The translations under genes and the position numbers were made by a program. The notes beneath the pieces were generated by a model. The model had not been told where the DNA came from. It did no database searches and saw only the letters and a list, made by a program, of their open reading frames with translations. DNA of 64,000 bases from Mobula hypostoma (Eukaryota). This document shows, in pieces, positions 26,473 to 40,246 of the stretch (its first letter is position 1; each line of letters opens with the position of its first letter). The DNA is taken from positions 43,960,001 through 44,024,000 of the forward strand of contig NC_086108.1 in the NCBI RefSeq assembly GCF_963921235.1. Direction: 5' to 3'.

Positions 26473-28037
26473 ATCCACTAAAGTACTCTATTCTTGCTTT
26501 CTCCCTATATCCCTTAATAAGTTTCATATTAAAAAAATACATATACCTCATTTCTGAATATGTTCAATGACTTGATCTCCGTTACCTTTATGACAGACCT
26601 CCCTCAATGTGAAAGAATTTCTCCTGATCTCAATTATAAATGACAAATGTTGTGACCATCATTCTGTTGTCTGTAGTTAACAAAAACATTCTCACAATAT
26701 CGAGTCTAACTTGTCCTGGTAGAATTTTATGGGCTTCTATGAGATCCCCACTTATTCATCCATAGTCTAGTGAATATAGACCTACCTGATCCCATCCCTT
26801 CCTGCCATCCCAGATATCAGTCGTGTAAACCTTCCCTGCAATTCCATCAAGGCAAGAACAACCTTCCCCAGGTACAGAGGAATTGCACATGAAACTGCTT
26901 CTTCCTTCTCTATTCTTTGGGTTCCATTCTCAGAAAAAACTCTAGCACATTTGTTCAGGATTTTTTCCCTGTCATAAATCCATGCTAATTTTGTCCAAAT
27001 GCATTAATGCTTTACAAATATACTGCTATATCTTTTATAAAAACTTCTGTGATAGATATTCACTTCTATCCCATGTTTGCTAAGCTTGCTTTCTAAATAG
27101 CAGCTGCCATTTGAAAGGTCACAAACACTTGTAAGTAAACATTCAACAATATTTGTTTAACTTCTCTTCCTAAATGGAATTCAGTTTTCAGTTCTTAAAA
27201 TATAAATGGAAAGCAGCTTAAGTTAAAAAAGCACTCTTTATGGAACAACTTTGCAAATAGGCATTGTATTTTGAAGATGCTTTGTCTGTAAAGAGTCACT
27301 GCACCTGCTTTATTAATGTGAAGTATAAGACCATAAGACATAGAGGCAGAATTAGCCTATTTGACCCATTGAATCTGCTCTGCCATTTCATCATGGCTGA
27401 TCCATTTCTGTCTCAGCCCTCATCTCCTGCCTTCTCTCCATATCCCCTCATGCCCTGACTAATGAAGAATCTATAAACCTGTGCCTTAAATATACCTAAT
27501 GATTTGGCCTGCACAGCCACTTGTGACGATGAATCCACATATTCACCACACTCTGGCTAAAGAAATTGCTCCTTATCTCCATTCTAAATGGACATCCCTC
27601 TATTCTGAGTCTGAGCCCTCTGGTCTTGGACTCCCCCAACATAGGAAACTTCCTCTCCACGTCCACTCTATCGAGGTCTTTAACATTTGATAGGTTTCAA
27701 TGAGAACCCTCTCCCCTCATTCCACCGAATTCCAGTGGGTACAAGCCCAGAGCCATCAAACACTGCTCATATGACAAGTGTTTCAATCCTGAAATCATTT
27801 TCATGAACCTCCTTTGAACCCTCTCCAATGTCAGCACAATCTTTCTTAGATGAGGGGCCCAAAACTGCTCACAGTACTCCAAGTGAGGCCTCACCAGTGC
27901 CTTATAAAGCCTCAACATTATGTCTTTGCTTTTATATTCCAGTCCTATCAAAATAAATACTAACATCATATTTGCCTTCCTCACCACCGACTCATCCTGC
28001 AAGTTAACTTTTGGGGAACCCTACCTAAGGACTTCCA

Positions 28038-28231
28038 TGCAACACACACGAAATGCTGGAGGAACTCAGTAGGACAAGCAGCATCTATGGAAAGAAGTGC
28101 AGTCGACATTTCAGGCCGAAACATCGACTGTACTTTTTTCCCTAGATGCTGCCAGGCCTGCTGAATTCTTCCAGCATTTAGTGTGTGTTGCTCGAATTTC
28201 CAGTATCTACAGATATTCTCTTGTTTGTGAC
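28038..28231. mobile_element. Fold-back mini-element made of two inverted Penelope termini
   Basis: Arms 28039-28115 and 28116-28191 are inverted copies. 11-bp TSD aaggacttcca at 28027-28037 and 28232-28242. Confidence 0.85.
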
Positions 28232-28751
28232 AAGGACTTCCAAGTCCTTTTGCCCCTCAGATTTCTGAATTTTCTCTCCATTTAGAAAATGTCTATGCTT
28301 TTATTTCTTCTACCAAATTGCATGATCCTGTACTTCCCGATGCAGTATTCCATCTGTCACATCTTTGCCCATTTTCCTAATCTGTCTAAGACCTTCTGTA
28401 GCGCCTCTGCTTCCTCAGCACAGCCTGCCCCTCCACCTATCTTCATATCATCCACAAATTTGGCCACACAGCCATCAATTCTGTCATCCAATCATTGAGA
28501 TATAACATAAAAAGAAGCGGCCCCAACACAGACCCCTGTGGAACACCAGTAGTCATGACAGCTGACCAGAAGAGGCACCCTTTATTCCCACTTTTTGACC
28601 CCTGCCAAACAGCTAATGCTCTATCCATGCTAGTTTCTTTCTTGTAATACCAAGGGATCTTATCTTGTTAAGTAGCCTCCTGTGTGGCAACTTGCCGAAG
28701 GCCTTCTGAAAATCAAAGTACACAACATCCATCTATTCTCCCTTGTCTATC

Positions 28752-30962
28752 TTAGAGTTACAGAAAAGTACAGCACAGAAACAGGCACTTTGGCCCATCT
28801 ACATGCTGAACCATTTAAACTCCCTACTCCCATCAACCCGTACCAGGCCCAGAGCCTTCCATGCCCCTACCATCTATGTACCTATCCAAACTTCTCTTAA
28901 ACATTGAAGTAGAGCTTGCATGCACCACTTACCTGGTAGCTCACTCCACACTCTCACTTCCTTCTGAGTGAAGAAGTTTCTCCTCATGTTCCCCTTAAAT
29001 TTTTACCTTTTGCGCTTAATCCATGACCTCAAGTTGTAGTCCCACCCAACATCAGTGGAAGAAGCTTACTTGCATTTACCCTATCCTTACCCCTCGTAAT
29101 TTTGTATACTTTGATCAAATCTCCTCTCAATCTTCTACTTTCTAAGGAATAAGGTTCTAACCTATTCAATCTTTCCTTATAACTCAGGTCTTCCAGGCCC
29201 GGCAACATCCTTGTAAATTTTCTCTGTACTCTTTCAACCTTATTTTACATATTTCCTGTAGGTAGGTGACCAAAACTGCACACAGTACTCCGAATTAGGG
29301 CTCACCAGTCTCTTCAACCATTTCAACATAACATCCCATCTCCTGTACTCAGAAGTTTGATTTATGAAGACCAATGTGCCGAAAGCTTTCTTTACAAGCC
29401 TGTCTACCTGTAACGTCACTTTCATTGAATTATGGACCTATATTCCCAGATCCCTTTGTTCTACTGCACTCAGTGCCCTACCATTCATCGTATGACTTAC
29501 CCTGGTCGGCCCTTACTGAAATGAAACACCTCATACTTGTCTGCATTAAATTCCATCTGCCATTTGTCAACCCATTTTTCCCAGCTGATGCAGATCTCGC
29601 TGCAAGCCACAATAGCCTTCCTCATTGTCTACTACACCCCCAATCTTGGTGTCATTTGCAAATTTGTTGATCCATTTAATCCCATTATCATCCAGATTGC
29701 TGATATACTTGTTAAACAACAAAGAACCCAGCACTGATCCCTGCTGCACTCCTCTAGTCACAGGCCTCCCACGAGGATATTAGTCCCCTTCCAATTCAGG
29801 TGCAAACCATCTCTTCTGTACAGGTCCCACCTTCCCTGGAAGAGAGCCGAACTATCCAAAATTCTTATGCCCTCCTCCAACACCAACGCTTTAGCCACAT
29901 ATTAAACTGTATTATCTTCCTATTTCTGGCCTCACTAGCACATAGCATGGGTAAGAATCCTGAGATCACAACTCTGGAGGCCCTGCCCTTTAACTTAGCA
30001 ACTGCCTCTCTGAACTCACTTTGCAGGACTTTGTCGCCCACTCTACCTGTATCATTGATACCTACATGGACCACAACCTCTCATTGTTCACCCTCCCACT
30101 TGAGAATGCTGAGGACTCGATCTGAGGTGCCCTGGACCCTGGCACCCAGGAAGCAACATACCATCAGGGAATCTTATTTACATCCACAGATCCTCTTTTC
30201 TGTTCCCCTATCACCACAGTTCACCTCTTCTTCCTCACTCCCCCTTCACTTCTGAGTTACAAAGCCAGATTCAGTGCCAGAGACCTGACCACTGTGAATT
30301 TCCTCTGCTAGGTCATTTCCCCACCCTTGTCCCCAACAGTATCCAAAGTGGTCTACCTGTTGTGAGAAGAATAGCGCAGGGGTATTCTGCACTGGCTATT
30401 TAATCCCTTTTCCCCTTTCTGTGTCCTGCACCTTCGGAGTAACTACCTCTCTGTAGGTCCTATTTATCACCCCTTCAGTCTTCCAAATGATCTGGGGTTC
30501 ATCTAATTTCAGCTCCAACTCCTTAATGTGTAGTGTTAAAGCTGCAACTGGATGCACTTCTTGCTGTTGTGATCATCAGGAAAATTGGAGGTCTCCCTTC
30601 CTCCCACATCCCACAAGAGGAGTATTCCACTAATGTGCCTGGCATCTCTGCTGTTCTAACTGAGCAAATAATAAACTGCGGGGGAGAAAAAAGCCTCTAC
30701 CTACAACTTTTTTTTTACCTTCTCTGACTCTTGAAGAGTGGAAGCCTAAAAATCTCCACTCTAACACTGATCACTTTAACCATGGCAGTTCTGCTTGCCC
30801 AGCCTTACTTAAATTTCTTCTTGCCAATCAATTCCAAACACTGATTGGCCACTGTTGAAAGCTGCAAACTGCTGCAACTCACTGCCTTTTCTACTCAATC
30901 GGTGAACCTGAGTGAGCTCCGTCTTCTCAGGCTTCTCATTTCCGATTGGCCACTGTTCAAAG
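28752..30962 (-). mobile_element. Internally deleted CR1 (5' UTR plus ORF1 joined to the RT 3' half)
   Basis: ORF1 SGNH-esterase (VHVGINDTG..VVISGFLP) at 29770-30650 abuts RT GVQQGSVLG at ~29770. Near-TSD cttgtctatc/cttgttatc at the ends. Confidence 0.75.
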
Positions 30963-33900
30963 CTTGTTATCCTGCTTGTTATTTCTTCAAAGAATGCCAA
31001 CATATTTGTCAGGCAAGATTTTCCCTTAAGTAAACCATGCTGACTTTGGCCTATTTTATCATGTGCCTCTAAGTACCAGGAAACCATATCCTTAACAATC
31101 GACTCCAATGTCTTCCCAACCACTGAGGTCAGACTAACTCACCTATAATTTCCTTTCTTCTGCTTCTGTCCCTTCTTGAAGAGTGGAGTGGTATTTGCAA
31201 TTTCCTGTTCCTCTGGAACCATGCTATAGTCCATTGACTCTTTAAAGATCATTACTAATGCCTCCACAATCTCTTCGGCCACCTTTTTGAGAACCTTGGG
31301 GTGTAGACCATCTGGTCCAGGTGGCTTATCTGCCTTCAGACCATTCAGTTTCCCAAGCACCTTCTCCTTCATAATGGCAACTTCACTCACTTCTGCCCCT
31401 TGGCACACTTGAACTTCCAGCATGCTGCTAGTACATTCCAGAGTGAAGACTGATGCAAAATACTTCAGTTCATCTGCCATTTCCTTGTCCCCCATTACTA
31501 CTCTCCAGCATAATTTTCCAGCATTCCGATATCTACTCTCTCCTCTCTTTTACACTTTATATATCTGAAGAAACTTTTGGTATCCTCTTTAATATTATTG
31601 CCTAGTTTACCTTTGTATTTCGTCTTTTCTTTCTTTATGACTTTTTCAGTTGTCTTCTATTGGTTTTTAAAAACTTTCCAATCCTCTATAAGACAATGGG
31701 TTGTTTCAAACAGATAAGTTGACTTTTAAGTTGCTTAGTTCAAGGTAGCTTGCAGAACCAGACGGATAATATAATTAATCATTTCAATAACTAATGTGTT
31801 TATAGTTGAGAGTTCTGTATACAGTACTCAGAACTTCACTTTACAGCATTAATGGCAGCTAGCTAAGATCCATGTTTTAAAAAAATTGCTTTTACACCGC
31901 TTTTGTTAATAGGATATTTGAGGAAATATCACATGCTTGTGAAGGCTGGAAAGTCTATAAATATAGAGAGCCGTTTAGGCTTATTAGAAATGAGGTGAAG
32001 ACCATCAAGGCTATGAAAGGAACACAGGATAAACAAGTTTCTTCGGTTTCTGCGATGGCAGCTTGTTTGTTTGCATCTTTGGTATGTCTTTTTGCTTTAC
32101 AGATATTGTACTTGTTTTTTGGAAATCCTTAATCCTTATGGTTGAGAAACACTTTGTGCTTTGGAAGTGGTTTGTAAGTGGGATATGTTTAAAATAGAAA
32201 TCACCTGTGAGTTTTAAGAATGTGTGGATTTAAACATGTATCACTGTAAATAAATGATCTGTGTTTTGAAATAATTTGTTAGGAGAGAGGACCCACCATT
32301 CAAATAGTGGGTATTGGCAGCTAAACTCACCATGTAGAATAAACTGGGAAGAAAACTGGTCTTTGAGGTTTGGGTAGTTACAGTATAATCTCCTTTTAGT
32401 GAGAGTAATTGTGGCTATTCATATCCTATAGGACTTAAAGTCTTCATCTGAGTTTAGAACTTTCAACAAGCCCAATACCATCACACTCAAAGAAATTTCC
32501 TGATTCCCTATTTTTTGATTACTAGTTCCTGGCTATTTTTTTGTTATTTTTTAAGTGATCTTACATTTGCCCCCCTCCAATCATTATAAAGTGCTTTAGT
32601 TTCTGTATAATTTTATATCCATTATTTCTTGGGCTTGTTCTTTTAACACTCTTACATGCAGATCGGATTTGGAAGATTTGCAGGTCTTTAGCATCATTAA
32701 TTTCCCTTGCACTGTTGCTTTACTGATACTATTTTCATTCAATTCTTCCCTTTCTCTAAAACCTTGGATCCTTAATATCTCTGGAGGTTATATGTGTGAG
32801 GAAACAAAACTGAAGTATTTCGTATTGAATCGTTCAGCTATTTCTTTATTCCCAAGTATTATTCCGCTATTTCTGACTTTAGAGAACCTGTAGTTGGGAA
32901 GTGATCAGCAGTAGAAATCCTGGCTAATTTTCCTTTCTTTGAATGTATTCCTCTGTATTCTCACCATCCCATTATCTCACCATTTGGGGTGGCAAAACAA
33001 ACTTGTAACTGAAGATGATGTACCGCTAAGTTCATTCAACATATGATGAAATTGCCATTTAGTTCAAGTGAAAAATCATAGTTAGAACATAGATCATTGA
33101 AGAGTACAGCATAGGAGCAAGCCATTTGGCCCATAATATTCTGCTGAGCCAATTAAATTAGTAATCAAGTGGCCAATTAAACTAATCTCTTCTGCCTGCA
33201 CAATGTCTATGTACTTCCATTATCCTCACATTCATGTGTCTTTCTAAACCTCTCTAATGTGTCTGCCCTTACAACCAACCTAGCAACACATTCCAGGCAT
33301 CCACCACTCTCTTTTATAGTGTAAAACCTTGACTTAGCTATAATTGCACTGACGTGAGTTTAAGCATTTAATCTGCAAATATTTGCCTAAGTGTACTATG
33401 CTATAACATTGCAAAACTTAGAAATGATACTCAGGGTTTATACTTTAGTCCCATTAGCCTTATTTGGTCATTGATCGGATAATCTATTCAATATCCACAC
33501 GAGGAAGATGGAATCATACTTAAGGTTTAGGAAACAAACATCAGGCAGAGCTCTTAAAAATTAAGGTAGCCAGGAAAAAGCTAAAGCAGGGACTGGGGAG
33601 AGGTAGATAGGGGCATGAGAAGGCAGTGACCAGTAGGATCAAGGAGAATCCCATGAACGTGAAGAGCAGGACGATGACAAGCAACAGTAAGACTGTTTAG
33701 GGACAAAGGGAAAAACATGTGCCTGAAGGTTGAGAAAGTAGGGGAAGTCCTTAATGAATGCTTTAGTGCTGGTCCAAGCAGAGGGACTTTGATGAATGTG
33801 AAGTCAGCACAGAACAAGTTACTATGCTGGAACATGTAGAGCACCTGAGAAGCAGTAGCTTAGATAAGTCCCTGGGGCGAGTTGGGATATACCTCATGTT

Positions 33901-34028
33901 ACCAAGGGAAGCGAGGGAAGAGATTGCTGACACATTGATGATGATCTTTGCTTCCTCCTTGGCCAGAGAAGTACCAGAGAACTGGAGGATGGCTAAAGTT
34001 GTTCTGTTGTTCAAGAAAGGTCATAAGG

Positions 34029-34237
34029 CAGGTGTCCCCAACCTTTTTTGCACCGCGGACCGGTTTAATATTGATGATATTCTTGCGGACCAGCTGACAG
34101 TGGGGGGGGGGATGGGGGGGTTGGTGTTCAAGTTCAACAGTGCGTGACAGGGAATGAGGAAAGGTGCAGCTGACTCATATCATTTCATATCGCCAAATCA
34201 TAACGTTTCCTCGTGGCCAGGTGGTTAGGGACCACTC
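34029..34237. mobile_element. hAT/Charlie-type MITE
   Basis: Ends caggtgtccccaaccttttt and ggttagggaccactc. 8-bp TSD tcataagg/tcacaagg. Confidence 0.75.
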
Positions 34238-34318
34238 TCACAAGGGATTCTTAAGTCAGTGGTGGTCAAACAATTAGAGAAAATTCTTAGAAGCAGCATT
34301 TGGAGAGTCATAGTAATA

Positions 34319-35881
34319 CAGGTGTCCCCCGCTTTTTGAACGTTCGCTTTACGAAACCTCACTGTTATGAAAGACCTACATTAGTTCCCTGTTTTCGCTA
34401 ACAGAAGATGTTTTCACTGTTATGAAAAAAAGCAGCGCACAAAAAAAAGATCAGCGTACGCCCTGAGCAGCCTCTTTCCCCCGGATTCAGAACTGCATTC
34501 TCGCCGGCATTGCTTAAACACGTGCCTATGAGCATCTGTTAGCAGGATGAGTTCTAAGGTATCGGAAAAGCCTAAAAAAACTCGTAAGGGTGTTACACTT
34601 AGTGTAAAACTAGACATAATTAAGCATTTCGATCGTGGTGAACGAAGTAAGGACAAAGTGAGTTTGGCTTGTGGAAGTTGACGAAGATGATGTTGAAGAG
34701 GTTTTGGCATCTCATGACCAAGAACTGATAGATGAAGAGCTGATGCAATTGGAAGAGGAAAGAATAACAATCAAAACCAAATGAGTAATGATAAAGTACG
34801 ACTTTAATTTTGAAAGGGTACGTCGGTTTAGGGCATATTTGCAAGATGGTTTGAGTCCTTACAAAGAACTGTATGATAGAAAAATGTGCGAGGCTCAGCA
34901 GTCAAGCATACTGTCGTTTTTCAAGACTTCCACATCAGCCACAGCAGACGATGAACCTTGACCTTTGACATCGAGGCAGGCAGAGATAGAAGAAGATGAC
35001 CTGCCTGCCCTAATGGAAACAGACGACGATGAGATGACACCCCAGTGTCCCACCACCCCAACCCCCAGGCTGCGGACAGATACCGATTCGCGGAGAATGC
35101 AGTGGTAGCCGGGAGACACACAACACATCTTTAAGAAAAAAAACAAAATAAACATGCTAATTAATTAGGTGCCAGCTGGCACGTAAATGTCAGCCAGATC
35201 AGAGGCAATTGCCGATTGCATCGCCTCTGATCTGGGCCGACTATTACGTGCCGGGCGGCACCTAATTAATTAGCATGTTTATTTTGGCTTTTTTCTTAAA
35301 GATGTGCTGTGTGCCTCCCGGCTACCGCTGTACCACTGCATGCTTCGCGGATCGGTATCGGTTCACTGCCCGGAGGTTGGGGGCCACTGCACCACCCTAA
35401 CCTGCAACGACTCAGCCAAACACACCAATGTCAGTGTGCTCTGCGCTGTCTTCCCGATTCCGGTAAGTGAACATACATTATTTCTACTTTATATCGGCTG
35501 TGTATTTTTACATGTTATTTGGTATGATTTGGCAGCTTCATAGTTTAAAGGTTACTGGAGAGCGCTTGCACCATGTTTTTGCTGAGAGCGCTTGCATGAG
35601 ATTTTCACTACGGAGAACAGTTCAGGCAATGATTGTGGGAGAGTATTTCTACTTTATATAGGCTGTGTATTTATCATATCATTCCTGCTATTACTATATG
35701 TTACTGTTATTTTAGGTTTTATGTGTTATTTGGCATGATTTGGTAGGTTATTTTTAGGTCTGTGAACGCTCACAAAATTTTCCCATATAAGTAAATGGTA
35801 ATTGCTTCTTTGCTTTACAACATTTCGGCTTACGAACCATTTCGTAGGAACGCTCTACCTTCGCATGGCGGGGGAAACCTG
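34319..35881 (+). mobile_element. Tigger/pogo internal-deletion derivative
   Basis: TA-flanked TIRs caggtgtcccccgc and gcgggggaaacctg. The N-terminal HTH start MSSKVSEKPKKTRKGVTLSVKLDIIKHFDRGE (ATG 34547) is joined to the acidic C-terminal region EVDEDDVEEVLASHDQEL. Confidence 0.85.
35059..35389. mobile_element. Fully palindromic MITE nested in the Tigger element
   Basis: Inverted arms span ~35079-35359. hAT-like right end ggttgggggccactg and an 8-bp direct repeat caccaccc at 35051-35058 and 35390-35397. Confidence 0.7.
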
Positions 35882-36457
35882 TATTAGGGATAGTCAGCAT
35901 GGCTTTGTGAGAGGCACGCCATGCCTCATGAGCCTAATTGAGTTTTGAGGAGGTGACAAAACAAATTGACAAAGGTAGAGTGGCAGGTGTAGTATATATG
36001 GATTTTAGTAAAGTGTTTCACGAAGTTTCGCATTGTAGGCTCATTCAGAAAGTCAAGAGGCATGCGATCTAGGGAAATCTGGCTGCATGGTTATTGAATT
36101 AGTTTGCCCACAGAAGGCAGAGTGGTATTGTACTAGACAAAGTGTATTCTGCCTGGTAGTCCATGCAGGGATCTTTTCTGAGATCCTTGCTGTCTGTGGT
36201 TTTTGTAAATGACTTAGGTGAGGAACAGGAAGAGTGGGTTAGTAAATTTGCAGATGACACAATGGTGGGAGGTGTTGTGGATAATGAAAAATGTTGTAGG
36301 TTACAACAGGATGTAGACAGAATGCAGGATTAGGCAGAGAAATGGTAGATGGAGTTCAATCTGTATAAGTGTGAAATGATACACTTTGGAAGATCAAATG
36401 AAGGTGGAATACAAAGTTAATGGCAGGATTCTCAGTACTGTGGAGGAATAGAGTGAT

Positions 36458-39400
36458 ATAGAACATAGAATAGTACAGCACATTACAGGCCCTTTGGCCC
36501 ACAATGTTGTGCTGACCCTCAAACCCTGCCTCCCATATAACCCCCCACCTTAAATTCCTCCATATACCTGTCTAGTAGTCTCTTAAACTTCACTAGTGTA
36601 TCTGCCTCCACCACTGACTCAGGCAGTGCATTCCACGCACCAACCACTCTCTGAGTAAAAAACCTTCCTCTAATATCCCCCTTGAACTTCCCACCCCTTA
36701 CCTTAAAGCCATGTCCTCCTGTATTGAGCAGTGGTGCCCTGGGGAAGAGGCGCTGGCTATCCACTCTTAATGTTCCTCTTATTATCTTGTATACCTCTGT
36801 CATGTCTCCTCTCATTCTCCTTCTCTCGAAAGAGTAAAACCCTAGCTCCCTTAATCTTTGATCATAATGCATACTCTCTAAACCATGCAGCATCCTGGTA
36901 AATCTCCTCTGTACCCTTTCCAATGCTTCCACATCCTTCCTATAGTGAGGCGACCAGAACTGCACACAGTACTCCAAGTGTGGCCTAACCAGAGTTTTAT
37001 AGAGCTGCATCATTACATCGCAACTCTTAAACTCTATCCCTCGACTTATGAAAGCTAACACCCCATAAGCTTTCTTAGCTACCCTATCTACCTGTGAGGC
37101 AACTTTCAGGGATCTGTGGACATATACCCCGAGATCCCTCTGCTCCTCCACACTACCAAGTATCCTGCCATTTACTTTGTACTCTGCCTTGGAGTTTGTC
37201 CTTCCAAAGTGTACCACCTCACACTTCTCCGGGTTGAACTCCATCTGCCACTTCTCAGCCCACTTCTGCATCCTATCAATGTCTCTCTGCAATCTTTGAC
37301 AATCCTCTACACTATCTACAACACCACCAACCTTTGTGTCATCTGCAAACTTGCCAACCCACCCTTCTACCCCCACATCCAGGTCGTTAATAAAAATCAC
37401 GAAAAGTAGAGGTCCCAGAACAGATCCTTGTGGGACACCACTAGTCACAAACCTCCAATCTGAATGTACTCCCTCCACCATGACCCTCTACCTTTTGCAG
37501 GCAAGCCAATTCTGAATCCACCTGGCCAAACTTCCCTGGATCCCATGCCTTCTGACTTTCTGAATAAGCCTACCGTGTGGAACCTTGTCAAATGCCTTAC
37601 TAAAATCCATAGAGATCACATCCACTGCACTACCATCATCTATATGCCTGGTCACCTCCTCAAAGAACTCTATCAGGCTTGTTAGACACGATCTGCCCTT
37701 CACAAAGCCATGCTGACTGTCTCTGATCAGACCATGATTCTCCAAATGCCCATAGATCCTATCTCTAAGAATCTTTTCCAACAGCTTTCCCACCACAAGA
37801 CGTAAGGCTCACTGGTCTATAATTACCTGGACTATCCCTACTACCTTTTTTGAACAAGGGGACAACATTCACCTCCCTCCAATCCTGCGGTACCATTCCC
37901 GTGGACAACGAGGACATAAAGTTCCTAGCCAGAGGCTCAGCAATCTCTTCCCTCGCCTCGTGGAGCAGCCTGGGGAATATTCCGTCAGGCCCCGGGGACT
38001 TCTCCGTTCTAATATATTTTAACAACTCCAACACATCCTCTCCCTTAATATCAACATGCTCCAGAACATCAACCTCACTCATATTGTCCTCACCATCATC
38101 AAGTTCCCGCTCATTGGTGAATACCGAAGAGAAGTATTCATTGAGGACCTCGCTCACTTCCACAGCCTCCAGGCACATCTTCCCACCTTTATCTCTAATC
38201 GGTCCTACTTTCACTCCTGCCATCCTTTTTTTCTTCACATAATTGAAGAATGCCTTGGGGTTTTCCTTTACCCTACTCGCCAAGGCCTTCTCATGCCCCC
38301 TTCTTGCTCTTCTCAGCCTCTTCTTAAGCTCCTTTCTTGCTTCCCTATATTCCTCAATAGACCCATCTGATCCTTGCTTCCTAAACCTCATGTATACTGC
38401 CTTCTTCCACCTGACTAGATTTTCCACCTCACTTGTCACCCATGGTTCCTTCACCCCACCATTCTTTATCTTCCTCACCGTGACAAATTTATCCCTAACA
38501 TCCTGCAAGAGATCTCTAAGCATCGACCACATGTCCATAGTACATTTCCCTGCAAAAACATCATCCCAATTCACACCTGCAAGTTCTAGCCTTATAGCCT
38601 CATAATTTGCCCTTCCCCAATTAAAAATTTTCCTGTCCTCTCTGATTCTATCCTTTTCCATGGTAATGCTAAAGGCCAGGGAGCAGTGGTCACTATCCCC
38701 CAGATGCTCACCCACTGAGAGATCTGTGACGTGACCCGGTTCATTACCTAGTACTAGATCTAGTATGGCATTCCCCCTAGTCCGCCTGTCCACATACTAT
38801 GACAGGAATCCATCCTGGACACACTTAACAAATTCTGCCCCATCTAAACCCTTGGAACTAATCAGGTGCCAATTAATATTAGGGAAGTTAAAGTCACCCA
38901 TGATAACAACCCTGTTATAGTCATAGTCATAGTCATACTTTATTAATCCCGGGGGAAATTTGTTTTTTGTTACAGTTGCTCCATAAATAATAAATAGTAA
39001 TAGAACCATAATTAGTTAAATAGTAATATGTAAATTATGCCAGTAAATTATGAAATAAGTCCAGGACCAGCCTATTGGCTCAGGATGTCTGACCCTCCAA
39101 GGGAGGAGTTGTAAAGTTTGATGGCCACAGGCAGGAATGACTTCCTATGACGTTCAGTGTTACATCTCAGTGGAATGAGTCTCTGGCTGAATGTACTCCT
39201 GTGTCCACCCAGTACATTATGTAGTGGATGGGAGACATTGACCAAGATGGCATGCAACTTAGACAGCATCCTCTTTTCAGACACCACCGTGAGAGAGTCC
39301 AGTTCCATTCCCACAACATCACTGGCCTTACGAATGAGTTTGTTGATTCTGTTGGTGTCTGCCACCCTCAGCCTGCTGCCCTAGCACACAACAGCAAACA

Positions 39401-40246
39401 TGATAGCACTGGCCACCACAGACTTGTAGAACATCCTCAGCGTCGTCCGGCAGATGTTAAAAGACCTGTCGCCTCAGGAAATAGAGACGGCTCTGACCCT
39501 TCTTGTAGACAGCCTCAGTGTTCTTTGACCTGTCCAGTTTATTGTCAATACGTACCCCCAGGTATTTGTAATCCTCCACCATGTCCACACTGACCCCCTT
39601 GATGGAAACAGGGGTCACCGGTACCTCAGGTCTACCACCAGCTCCTTAGTCTTTTTCACATTAAGCTGCAGATAGTTCTGCTCACACCATGTGACAAAGT
39701 TTCCTACCAAAGTTTATTTTTACACCTTTCCAAAATCTGCCTCCCAATCTGCTCCTCTGTATCTCTGCTGCTACCGGGGGCTTATAGAATATCCCCAGTA
39801 GAGTAACTGCTCCCTTCCTGTTCCTGACTTCCACCCATACTGACTCAAAAGAGGATCCTGCTACATTACCCACCCTTTCTGTAGCTGTAATAGTATCCCT
39901 GACCAGTAATGCCACCCCTCCTCCCCTTTTCCCCCCTCTCTATCCCTTCTAAAACACTGAAATCCAGGAATATTGAGAATCCATTCCTGCCCTAGTGCCA
40001 GCCAAATTTCTGTAATGGCCACTACATCATAATTCCATGTATGTATCCAAGCTCTCAGTTCATCACTTTTGTTCCTGATGCTTCTTGCATTGAGGTACAC
40101 ACACTTCAGCCCTTCTACCTTACTACCTTTACACCGTTTATTCTGCTTCTCTTTCCTCAAAGCCTCTCTATATGTTAGATCTGGTTTTACTCCATGCACT
40201 TCTTTCACTGCTCTATCACTCTGGGTCCCATCCCCCTCTCAAATTA
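36458..40246 (-). mobile_element. Young CR1 LINE with nearly complete ORF2 (APE plus RT) and few frameshifts
   Basis: ORFs 39861-40208 (CVYLNARSI..VVAITE), 37765-38793, 37488-37796 and 36519-37481 (GVPQGSVLGP, FADD), with a ttctatgttcta tail. Confidence 0.93.
38919..39713 (-). mobile_element. Rex1 LINE 3' fragment inserted in the young CR1
   Basis: SHPLHN..RCNTERHRKSFLPVAIKLYN, aataaagt(atgact)n tail, and ttat duplicated at the junctions. Confidence 0.85.

Larger units (their letters stand above)
27325..31690 (-). mobile_element. CR1 LINE (ORF2 part) split by two insertions
   Basis: RT motifs GVPQGSVLGPLLF, LYKALVRPHLEYC, KPPGPDGLHP and QHGLLKGKSCLTN in collinear pieces 27325-28037, 28232-28751 and 30963-31690. 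Confidence 0.85.

Noticed and set aside
37116..38605. Plus-strand ORFs of 70-130 aa
   Set aside because: These are antisense shadows of CR1 ORF2. The same applies to most other short ORFs in the track.
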